Assembly (NCBI GenBank): GCA_026936335.1
Contig: JAPMXV010000054.1
Span: 248,001 to 312,000 of the forward strand
Source of the DNA: Mantamonas sphyraenae STR306
Lineage: Eukaryota > Protista > CRuMs
Length of the DNA stretch: 64,000 bases
Direction of reading: 5' to 3'
The stretch's first letter is position 1. Every line of letters starts with the position of its first letter. The notes below the pieces were generated by a model, which did no database searches, was not told the DNA's origin, and saw only the letters and a program-made list of their open reading frames with translations. The position numbers and the translations under genes were made by a program. Shown here piece by piece: positions 24,801-34,524 of this stretch.

Positions 24801-27800
24801 GCGTCTGTCGCTCGTCGTCAGACAGGTTGATGGATTGGAACGAATCCTGGGTGTTGTAAGATTGATATGCTTGGGATTCGCTTGTACGCTGCTGTTGTCC
24901 GGGGTTGAACATCTGTTCTCCCTGCAGTTGCTGCTGTCCGGGGTTGAACATTCCACCATCAAACTCCTGCGGCTGCTGCTGCTGTCCGGGGTTGAACATT
25001 CCTCCATCAAACTCCTGCGGCTGCTGCTGCTGTCCGGGGTTGAACATTCCACCGTCAAACTCCTGCGGCTGCTGCTGCTGTCCGGGGTTGAACATTCCTC
25101 CATCAAACTCCTGCGGCTGCTGCTGTTGCTGTTGTCCAGGGTTGAACATTCCACCATCAAACTCCTGCGGCTGCTGCTGTTGCTGTTGTCCAGGGTTGAA
25201 CATTCCACCATCAAACTCCTGCGGCTGCTGCTGCCGTCCGGGGTTGAACATCCCACCGTCAAACTCCTGCGGTTGCTGCTGTTGTCCGGGGTGGAACATC
25301 TGTTCTCCCTGCTGCTGCTGCTGTCCGGGGTTGAACATTCCACCATCAAACTCCTGCGGCTGCTGCTGCTGTCCAGGGTTGAACATCCCACAGTCAAACT
25401 CCTGCGGCTGCTGCTGCTGTCCAGGGTTGAACATCTGTTCTCCCTGCTGTTGCTGCTGTCCAGGGTTGAACATTCCACCATCAAACTCCTGCGGCTGCTG
25501 CTGCTGTCCGGGGTTGAACATCCCACCGTCAAACTCCTGCGGTTGCTGCTGCTGTCCGGGGTTGAACATTCCACCATCAAACTCCTGCGGCTGCTGCTGC
25601 TGTCCAGGATTGAACATCCCACCATCAAACTCCTGCGGTTGCTGCTGCTGTCCGGGGTTGAACATTCCACCATCAAACTCCTGCGGTTGCTGCTGTTGTC
25701 CGGGGTTGAACATCTGTTCTCCCTGCTGTTGCTGCTGTCCAGGGTTGAACATTCCACCATCAAACTCCTGCGGCTGCTGCTGCTGTCCGGGGTTGAACAT
25801 TCCACCATCAAACTCCTGCGGCTGCTGCTGCTGTCCAGGATTGAACATCCCACCATCAAACTCCTGCGGCTGCTGCTGCTGTCCAGGATTGAACATCCCT
25901 CCGTCAAACTCCTGCGGTTGCTGCTGCTGTCCAGGGTGGAACATCTGTTCTCCCTGCTGTTGCTGCTGTCCAGGGTTGAACATTCCACCATCAAACTCCT
26001 GCGGTTGCTGCTGCTGTCCGGGGTTGAACATTCCACCATCAAACTCCTGCGGCTGCTGCTGCTGTCCGGGGTTGAACATTCCACCATCAAACTCCTGCGG
26101 TTGCTGCTGCTGTCCGGGGTTGAACATTCCACCATCAAACTCCTGCGGCTGCTGCTGCTGTCCGGGGTTGAACATTCCACCATCAAACTCCTGCGGTTGC
26201 TGCTGCTGTCCGGGGTTGAACATTCCACCATCAAACTCCTGCGGCTGCTGCTGCTGTCCGGTTGTTGAACATTCCACCATCAAACTCCTGCGGTTGCTGC
26301 TGCTGTCCGGGGTTGAACATTCCACCATCAAACTCCTGCGGCTGCTGCTGCTGTCCGGGGTTGAACATTCCACCATCAAACTCCTGCGGTTGCTGCTGCT
26401 GTCCGGGGTTGAACATTCCACCATCAAACTCCTGCGGCTGCTGCTGCTGTCCAGGGTTGAACATTCCACCATCAAATTCCTGCGGCTGCGGCTGCTGTCC
26501 GGGGTTGAACATCCCTCCGTCAAACTCTCCAACAGGGGCACTACCCACACTCCGTGCGGGCTCGCTACCTCCACCAAACATGCTCCCAGCATCAAATTCT
26601 TGCACTGGTGCACTCACCACACTCCCTGCTGGCGTGCCTCCAAACAGCGCCCCCGCGTCAAAATCGGCCACCACTGGAGCGCTCCTTTCACTTTTGGCCG
26701 GATCTTCACTCCCAAACAGACTCGATCCATCAAACTCCTCCACACGGGCTCTGGTGTTGTAAAACTCTGCCTGCTCTCCAACCGTTCCGTCGTAACTGCC
26801 CATCTCCTCCGGCTGCACTCCGCCGAAAGGATCCAACGACGTGGGCACTGACCCCACACTTCGTGCTCCATCGTCTCCACCCATGCCTTCTGAGTTGTCC
26901 CTGACCATCGGTGCACTCACCACGCTCCCTGCTGGTGTGCCTCCAAACAGCGATCCAGCGTCGAAATCCTCCATCACTGGCCCCGTTGCCATCCCATTGC
27001 CATTCCCCTGTCCAAACATGGATCCTGCATCGAATTCTTCCACTGCACCCGCACCCGGTCCTCCGTGCGACCCACCGAAGAGAGAGCCCCCATCAAACTC
27101 GTCCAGACCTCCGCCTCCCAGTTGTGACCCGTCAAACTCCCCACCCAGCACCACTTGCCCCTCTTGTACCCCACCAAACACATCGTCGCCACCACTGCTG
27201 CTTCCTCCAAACAACGCTCCACCGTCAAACTCTTGCACAGGCGGTCCCTGGGCGTTGCTTTCCTCATCCAGCCCAAACACCTCGATCACCCCTCCTGTCT
27301 TCTGCGCCGGAGAAAGCTCGCCACTGCTTCCTCCAAACAGGCTTCCTCCGTCAAACTCCTCCACTTGCACCGTCGACACAACTCTCGGTGCTTCTGGGGA
27401 TGCAGCTGCCCCAAACAACGCCGATCCGTCCCAATCCGCTGGCCCTCCTCCAGAATTCTCCGCATTTCCTGCCGGAGCCTCACCTCCTGCCTGTGACTTC
27501 TCTTCCTCTTGCTTCTCTCCACCTGCCACTGCTTCTGTGTCCTCTCCGTCGATGTTCTCTTCTCCGTTGTCATCTTCATCCCCTCTGAGCTGTTCCCCGC
27601 CGTCACCACTGCCCTCTGCCAGCGCCACGTCGTCGCTCATCGCCGCAGCTTCGGCGCCCGCCGTAGCCACCTCCATCTCCTCTCCCTCCACCACGTCTGC
27701 CTCTGACTCCTTGTTATCCTCTTCTTGTTCCTTCTCCTCTTCCTCTGAAGAATCCATGCCTACATCCGTCTCCAGGCCGCCCTCAGTATCCGCGGCGCTT

Positions 27801-28033
27801 GCGTTTGCGCTTGGTGACGTCTCTCCCGACTCCTCCTTCCTCTGACGTGTCGTTCCTTGCCATTCCCCTTCATCCACCTCCGTTTCATCCAACTCCACGT
27901 CCTCGCGCGTCTCTTTCGTGCTCACCAGCGGCTCCACCGCCTCTTGCTGCGGGTCCATGCCGTTTCGCGTGTTGGCCGATCCCGCGCGTCCAACATGTGC
28001 ATTGGCCGTTCTCGACACAACCCCAGACACCAT
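21877..28033 (-). CDS. SEC16: COPII/ER-exit-site scaffold Sec16 (start 28033 or 27958), split by an apparent 1-nt frameshift at ~26260 inside the repeat
   Basis: Central conserved domain: PVFNFGFGGRV, FPGPL, LWDHALLLASHL, WQENLAMMLTNRT, AAHLCYILAG, YALQLAELG. C-terminal KANVGKKNLFYFDEAAGKW and SRYV. ORFs 26231-28033 and 21877-26613 read the same repeat in register on either side of the indel. Confidence 0.88.
24889..26530 (-). repeat. Coding tandem repeat with 48-bp unit (QEFDGGMFNPGQQQQP) and interspersed shorter QGEQMFNPG variants, roughly 30-35 units
   Basis: ccggggttgaacattccaccatcaaactcctgcggctgctgctgctgt repeated with few substitutions; copy number estimated from span divided by unit length. 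Confidence 0.95.
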
Positions 28034-28145
28034 TCATGGTTCATATCACCCGTCTTTGCGCAACTCTACCCTTGCAATGCAACCGCGCATGGGGGCGCAC
28101 CGGCGGCCAACCTGCGCTTCAAGTCGTCGTTCCAAACACACGAGA

Positions 28146-29714
28146 ATGGAAGACAATTCAGAGTTTGTGGACATCGAAGAGGCTGAAATCGTGGACATCG
28201 ACGAGGAGACGGAGGAAGACCCTGAAGCCAAGGGCAAAGAGACGCAGGAGGACGCCGACGAGCTGGGCAACGACGACGACGACGAGACTCCCTTGACGGA
28301 GGAGGAGATGGCAGAGCTGCTGAGCCAGGAAGAGGTGACCAACTCCTTTGGTGTCGTATTGGGCCAGGAGGACCTCGACCTGGACTCGGAGGAGGTGCAA
28401 GCAGGTGAGTTTTCGGAGAAGTGCATTTCCGTCCGGAAAGCTGCCCAGACGACCATGGATTCCGTCTTGCCGCCAGAAGGCGTGTCGCACGTGCGCTGAC
28501 ACCGATGTGGCTTGTATGCACTGGCAAACTGCGGTACAGAAATTGCAAGGCAGAACGACGAGGGCGAAGTGGAATACCTGAACATGCCCATGGACACGGA
28601 CGCAGTGCGGGTGTTCGAAGAGCATCAGGGACCCGTGTACACATTGGACGTGAGTCAAGACGGCAAGTTGGTGGTGAGTGGCGACGAGGAAGAGGTCGCG
28701 CTTCTGTGGAATCTGGAAGACGGAAGCGTACTGCATCGACTGGAAGGGCACACAGACACAATCATGGTGGCCGCTTTCAGTGCAGACAACACATATGTGG
28801 CCACTGCTTCGCTGGACGGCACCGTACGCGTGTGGAGCCCAGAAACCGGCGAGCTGGTGGCGGAACTGGATGGACCCGGAGGCGGAATCCTGTGGATGAC
28901 CTGGCACCCCAAGGGGAACGTCATCCTGGCTGGTTCGGAGGATCAGACGTGTTGGATGTGGAATGTCCCCAAGGCCATGTGCATGCAGGTGCTTGCAGGC
29001 CACCAGGCCCCTGTAACAGTGGGTGGCTTCACACCTGACGGCAAGCAGATTGTCACAGGCAGCGAGGATGGCGTGCTGATGGTGTGGGACCCGAAGCAGG
29101 GTACGTCGACACACGTCATTGAAGGTGGTCTCTTCCTGCAGGATGCTCTTACCTGCTTGGCTTTCCATCCAGAGAGCACACTGGTGATGGCAGGCGACAT
29201 GGACGGCAAGGTGGCCCTGGTCAACGTGCAGTCCGGCAAGACGCTCAAGATTTTGGACGGACACAAGGAAAGCGTCGAGTCACTCCTGTTTATGGATCAA
29301 TTGGGCCTGGCTGTGACAGGCGCCGTGGACGGACGCATCAATGTGTACGACTTGGGGCGACAGAAGCTGAGGCACAGCATGCAGCATGAGGACTGTGTCA
29401 CAAAGCTGATTATGCTGGGCAGCGAGTCTCCTATTCTCGTTTCCACATCGGTGGATTGCACCGTGGCCATGTGGGACGCCCGCTCGGGAGAAAAGCTGCG
29501 CGAACTGCGTGGCCATCAGCAAACCATTCTGGATGTCAAGGTTGTGCCCAACGCAAACCTGCTAGTCACTTCCAGCGACGACCAGACCTGCATGGTATTT
29601 TCCTTGGCAGAAGACGAAGACGAGGAGGAGCAAGGCGAGGCGGGATCCAGCAGCAGCAGCAGCAGCAGCAGCAGCTCTGGCGCTGAAGAGGTGGATGTGA
29701 ATGAAGCGCTTTGA
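28146..29714 (+). CDS. AAMP: WD40 protein, AAMP/Sqt1-like (ribosomal protein uL16 chaperone)
   Basis: Acidic N-terminus, intron 28405-28539, ~8 WD repeats including WMTWHPKGNVILAGSEDQTCWMWNVP and GGFTPDGKQIVTGSEDG. Confidence 0.8.
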
Positions 29715-29812
29715 GGAACCCTTGGTACACGATGTTTACTTTGCTAGTGAATATTCGATGCGGTGGATGTTGGTTGAGGGATGGTGCAATGCTGTCGGAT
29801 GGTGCGAGCGAA

Positions 29813-30586
29813 TCAATGGCTGCCGAAAATGCTCTTGAGCTCGGTGCGCAGCCAGCTGGTGTACCGCAGTGGTCGCACGATAACGTCGTTCTTGAGCCAG
29901 GAAATCTCCATAAATCGGATTGCAGAAACGCGGGCGCCCTTCTTGGGGCGGATGCTGAGTTCACTTGTCGAGGCCGGAACGTCAAAGTACTCGAGGACGT
30001 CCTCGAGGTGGATAGAGAAGCTTTGGCACATCTCGTAGTCCTTGACAGAGACTTCAGGCAGATCGTTTTGCATGCTATGCGTCTCTGTGAGTTTCTTGAG
30101 CTTCCTCTTGAGCTGCGAAAGCTTACGCTGGGCCTCGGTTTCAGAAAAGGCTTCTGTGCTGCTGCGCTTGGAAACAAAGTCGATTTCCTGGATAATAGTG
30201 CGGACGGCAGCGTCAACAAAGGTCTCCTCGGGCCGCACGTGCGAGCCAGGCACCTCCCATTTGCCTGGGTAGATGACGTTTGTGGGTGACCTCTGTTGCA
30301 CGAGGAGCAGCCCATCCGAGTTGACTACAAACACGTAGACGGCCCTGTGCCACAGACCTGCGCTGTGAATCTCTTCACTAGTAGCATTGCGTACGCGGTT
30401 GCCCGTTGGGTCGGCGTACACGTCGAGGATCTCGCTCCAGGAGTTGTCCGAGCCACCAAAGACGAATGTGCTCGTAGACTTTTCTTGAGCGACCTCGGGC
30501 TCGACCATGACGAGGTGCAGGAACACATAAGCGATAACCATGGATGCCAATGCAGGTGCCACGGCATTGAATGCCCTCTTTGTCAT
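29813..30586 (-). CDS. Nudix-fold protein of the IPP-isomerase (IDI type 1)-like branch with an N-terminal membrane anchor
   Basis: EEIHSAGLWHRAVYVFVVNSDGLLLVQQRS...YPGKWEV..SHV..EETFVDAAVR; C-terminal YTSWL; hydrophobic ALASMVIAYVFLHLVMV near the start. Confidence 0.72.
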   Translation of the reverse strand: MTKRAFNAVAPALASMVIAYVFLHLVMVEPEVAQEKSTSTFVFGGSDNSWSEILDVYADPTGNRVRNATSEEIHSAGLWHRAVYVFVVNSDGLLLVQQRSPTNVIYPGKWEVPGSHVRPEETFVDAAVRTIIQEIDFVSKRSSTEAFSETEAQRKLSQLKRKLKKLTETHSMQNDLPEVSVKDYEMCQSFSIHLEDVLEYFDVPASTSELSIRPKKGARVSAIRFMEISWLKNDVIVRPLRYTSWLRTELKSIFGSH

Positions 30587-31024
30587 TGTGGTGAGCTTGT
30601 TTGACCGAGAAAGGGGGAATATGAAGGACGTTGGCCGTTTCCAGAGTGGCAACGCTCGTGGGAGTCGATCTGCGCGTGGACGGTTTGGCAATCCAGACGC
30701 AACGGGTGGATACAAACGGGATGGCACTGAAAGTCCACTTGTTGAAAGCGGATGCAGGTGGTTTTCAGAACTGGACTGGACCAGAGTCGTGCGGATGGAA
30801 CCGAGGGACCTGGAGCAGGGGTGCTGGCGTTTTTGCTGGACGGGTTTGGGCGAAAGCAGGCACTGACACACATTCAGAATGCACTGTGCACACGACAACG
30901 GTGAAAGGAGTGCGTCCATCGACCAACGATGAGAATGCAGTGCAGGACCTACGTGCCCGGATGTGGGGAAGCCGCGCCGCACCGGCCAACACATCGGGTG
31001 GCACACTTGTTCGGAAACACCAGA

Positions 31025-34000
31025 ATGCGTTCCATCAACACCTTGTACTGTGTTTTCATTGTGGTTTCACTGATTGCAGTGCAGCCAGTCCAGGGCGGGG
31101 GCTCGTTTGGCCGCTGCGCATTTACTGCCGCGAGCAACTCGTTTGCCTCCAAGACACCAACGACGTCCAACACTGCATCGAGCCAACTTGAAGTGTCAAG
31201 GAACCAAAGCTACGCTCTGGCCACGGCTTCGTCGTTCTGTTCCGACACGACTGCATTGATCGAGCCGCAGGTTCTTTCGCAGTTTGTGCTGACACGCAAC
31301 ACCTTCCTCGACATCAGTGTGAGCGCAATGCTTCACGCAGACAGCGAGACACCAGTGGCTGTGGTTCGGTACCAGGGCCCTGTGCTTGTTCTCGTAGACA
31401 TCAAGGGCAACTGGCTGGCCAAATATACGCGTTCGGCCGGAAGGGAGACAATCACGAAGATTCCTGAAGTTTCGTCGGGTCCGGGTGGCGGCGGCGTGAG
31501 TGTCTGCAGTGGGCTGACATCGCTGCGGGCAGGAAACACATTTGTGTCGTTGTGGACGGACGGCATGCTCGTGCTGCATGACAGCACTGGTTCGGCGTTG
31601 CATCAGCTGCACGTGTCAAACAACACCGGTGGGGATCCTGGCTCGACTTCCATGTTCGAGGCAGGCAGAGACGTACATGGCAACGAAGCGGTGTTTATTG
31701 CCTTTCAGAAGAGTGTGTTTGTGGTGCGCGTGGATGGCAACGCAAGATTGACGATGGTATCGTCGGTGGAGCTGCACTCGCCTTCGATTTCCCAAACTGT
31801 GGGCCAGCCCCTGGCCTTGCGCCAGAGTGCTTCGTCGGGAAATCTGGTGGTCCAATGGTGGCGTGGCAACCAGTGGACTCTTTCCATGTATGCGATGTCG
31901 TCAACAGGCCTGTCTTCGGCGCCGTTGTGGACATTCAACCACACATGTCGTTCGCTCCCGTACTCCGTGAACACGGGTGGTCCATCCAACTCGGGATCCC
32001 TGTGCAAACTGGCTCCGGCTCCTGTGTTTAGTGGCAGCCAACTGATTGTAGCCAACTCGTACGGTGACGTGGAGGCCTTGGACGAAACAACGGGCGCACG
32101 TGCGTGGCGCTTTGGACGCGAAACACTTGGGTGCAAGTTTGACGCCGATTCCAAGGACGGACGGATCACAGCCTGCTTCGTGACGCCAGCAGGATTGGCC
32201 ACGGTGCCCGTGACGCGCAAGGATCGGTTTGGCAAAGCCCTTGCGCCCACGCTGTTCCTGAATTGGATTACATCGTCGGCTACACATGCCTCGCGCACGG
32301 CAGCAATAGACGTTGCCACGCAAAAGATCCGATGGATCCAGTCATTCCCCGAGGAGGTCCAGGATGTGTGGGACGCGATGGAGGAGGAGGCAGAAGGTGT
32401 GCGCATGCGCCAGGTGGTGGTTGAGTACGCCACGAAAGGCTCGTTCAGTGGCGAGTGCAGGGTAATGTCGATTGCAGACGCGCGTGTGCTGGGCTGCACG
32501 ACACGACAGGGTTTTGCACACATGGAGGACATCGGCAATGCGGCGATTGTGCAAACCATCAACGAAGACTACCTGAGCTCACAAATTGGCGCCGTGGCGA
32601 CGGCAGGGCGCTTCTTCACAAAGACTTGGATTGGTTCTGTGCCAACGTTGCAATGGACAGGCTGTCCCGCAAACCTGAGCGGTCCATTCTGCACGTCGTG
32701 TGCGCAGGGCGAGTTTTTCAGCCGGTCGACCAAATCGTGCGAGACATGCACAACAGCCAACACGTGGGTGCTTGTCATTGGAATGCTTGTGTTTGCCGGT
32801 GCGTTTGCAGGGTTGGAGGTGCTCCCGCACAAGGAGGAGGATTCCGGGGTGCAGTACACCCTGCTGGGCTTTGTGTCGTTTGCACAGGTGAACGCACTGC
32901 TGTTTGACTTTCGCACGGTGAACATTTTCGTGCCCCAGTCCCTGAAGCAGATGTATGCGTGGCTGCGGGTCTTTCTGCCTTCGCTCGACGCCGTGTCGCC
33001 CGCGTGTGTGTTTGGCGACAGTGTGCCCGAGTATGTGCTGGCCATCCTGTTCTACGTGACGATTTTGGTGCTGTTGACACTCGAGTTTGGTCTGTCCGCG
33101 GCAATTGCGGCGTACCGTGTGCGCAAGGGTAAGGCCAGGGATGGCTCGTGGGCAACGGAGTGCAAGGAGGTTTTTGGGCGCACTGTGCTGTCGTCGTTCC
33201 TGGTGTTGGTGCTGCCGATGATGCAGCGTTTGTTTGACACACTGAACTGTGTGCCGCTGGGGTCGCCCGTGTCGGTGTTGCGCACGGATCCCACCATCCT
33301 GTGTTTCCGCGAGGAGTGGTATGCGGTGTTTACGGTCAACATGGTCGGCACGGTGGTGTTTGTGTTTGCCCCTCTGCTGTGTCTGTGGGTGTTGCTGAAC
33401 CGTCTGGACCTGGGCCACTTCCAGAACGATTCGCTGGTGGCCGCGTCGCTGAGCGCTGTGACGGCAAAGTTTTCGCGCAATGGATCGCGTTTCGAGATGG
33501 TGCAGATCGGCAGAAAGGCGGTGCTAGCGTTTTTGGCAGCGTTTGCAACCAACACGGGTGGCTCGTGGTCATCGATGGTGCTGATTTTCAATGGTTTGAC
33601 ATTGATGTACTTGATGCTGAAGAATCCGTTTGACAACCGCATGTCGCATTGGTTTGAGCTGACCAGTGCGTTTGTGACATTGTTCAACGCCGTGATCTTC
33701 CTGGTGCAGGGTATGAACGTGACCGAGCCGACCAAGGAGACGTTCGAAGCGTTTGAAATGGTTGGCTGGGTCCAGGTGGGCCTGTCCGGTGTGGTGGCCT
33801 TGTTTGCGGCGGTGATGATGGCGTCGCGGAAGAAGAAGACGGCGGAGGAGAAGGAACCGATGCATGGGAAGCGGGTTCACGAGGTGGATTTCATGCAGGG
33901 CCTGGACGAGGCGAGGCCCGCGTGGTACGCGATGTTGTGGACACGAGTGGTGCCTGTGGATGAGGCTAGGGCCCGAGGTGCATTGGCCACACAGATTGTG

Positions 34001-34501
34001 TTTGGTGTCGGTGTGTTTGCAGTGCTGCTCAGCAACGTGCTGTCGTTTGTGGAGGTGTTTGTGACGTGCGGATCGGATGCACAGTGCATCAACGCTGCGT
34101 ACACGCCTGTGATGAATTTGCTTGCGTTTGTAATGATGATGGTTTCGCTGCCTCTGATGGCCCGAATGGTGAAGATGCACTGCGTCGAAGTGCTGGAACA
34201 CGAGAAGAAGCTGCACGCAAGCGAAGACGATCAGGTGCTGCTGCGCGATTTGGAAGACGGTCCGGCTTTGTGGCTGAACGGAATCTTGACGTGGCTGGGT
34301 GTGGCGTGCCTGGTTGTGATGGTGCCAGTGGTGGTGGCTCGTTTCGAGCTGGCAACGTACTTGACGCTGGTGGGCGTTCGAACTGTGTTCAACTCTGTCA
34401 TGATTGGCATCACACTGCGCATGCTGTCGACTCTGGCCGGAATGGTGGACTGTGTGGGCCAGGTGGAGACTGTGGAGCTTCTTGTTCTTGAGCGAGTGTG
34501 A
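31025..34501 (+). CDS. Large membrane protein: signal peptide, beta-propeller-like (PQQ-like) ectodomain, Cys-rich linker and multipass TM region
   Basis: Intronless ORF with a hydrophobic N-terminus; GDVEALDETTGARAWRF; CPANLSGPFCTSCAQGEF..CETC; more than 9 hydrophobic segments including FEMVQIGRKAVL and KNPFDNRMSHWFE. Confidence 0.7.
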   Translation: MRSINTLYCVFIVVSLIAVQPVQGGGSFGRCAFTAASNSFASKTPTTSNTASSQLEVSRNQSYALATASSFCSDTTALIEPQVLSQFVLTRNTFLDISVSAMLHADSETPVAVVRYQGPVLVLVDIKGNWLAKYTRSAGRETITKIPEVSSGPGGGGVSVCSGLTSLRAGNTFVSLWTDGMLVLHDSTGSALHQLHVSNNTGGDPGSTSMFEAGRDVHGNEAVFIAFQKSVFVVRVDGNARLTMVSSVELHSPSISQTVGQPLALRQSASSGNLVVQWWRGNQWTLSMYAMSSTGLSSAPLWTFNHTCRSLPYSVNTGGPSNSGSLCKLAPAPVFSGSQLIVANSYGDVEALDETTGARAWRFGRETLGCKFDADSKDGRITACFVTPAGLATVPVTRKDRFGKALAPTLFLNWITSSATHASRTAAIDVATQKIRWIQSFPEEVQDVWDAMEEEAEGVRMRQVVVEYATKGSFSGECRVMSIADARVLGCTTRQGFAHMEDIGNAAIVQTINEDYLSSQIGAVATAGRFFTKTWIGSVPTLQWTGCPANLSGPFCTSCAQGEFFSRSTKSCETCTTANTWVLVIGMLVFAGAFAGLEVLPHKEEDSGVQYTLLGFVSFAQVNALLFDFRTVNIFVPQSLKQMYAWLRVFLPSLDAVSPACVFGDSVPEYVLAILFYVTILVLLTLEFGLSAAIAAYRVRKGKARDGSWATECKEVFGRTVLSSFLVLVLPMMQRLFDTLNCVPLGSPVSVLRTDPTILCFREEWYAVFTVNMVGTVVFVFAPLLCLWVLLNRLDLGHFQNDSLVAASLSAVTAKFSRNGSRFEMVQIGRKAVLAFLAAFATNTGGSWSSMVLIFNGLTLMYLMLKNPFDNRMSHWFELTSAFVTLFNAVIFLVQGMNVTEPTKETFEAFEMVGWVQVGLSGVVALFAAVMMASRKKKTAEEKEPMHGKRVHEVDFMQGLDEARPAWYAMLWTRVVPVDEARARGALATQIVFGVGVFAVLLSNVLSFVEVFVTCGSDAQCINAAYTPVMNLLAFVMMMVSLPLMARMVKMHCVEVLEHEKKLHASEDDQVLLRDLEDGPALWLNGILTWLGVACLVVMVPVVVARFELATYLTLVGVRTVFNSVMIGITLRMLSTLAGMVDCVGQVETVELLVLERV

Positions 34502-34524
34502 GAATGAGAAATGAATGAACGAAA

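Noticed and set aside
24460-26851. Cys-rich (PPSNSCGCCCC)n and Leu-rich plus-strand ORFs; CRISPR-like appearance of the repeat
   Set aside because: These are alternative frames of the Sec16 coding repeat. Units are contiguous with no unique spacers, so it is not a CRISPR array.
10140-28033. Apparent functional clustering (malic enzyme with elongase; GRASP, TVP38 and Sec16)
   Set aside because: The genes are interspersed with unrelated housekeeping genes, and chance adjacency in a gene-dense genome is sufficient.
30620-31024. Possible small spliced ORF or upstream exon before the large membrane protein
   Set aside because: Splice-like signals exist, but the joined frame differs from the main ORF and shows no recognisable homology.
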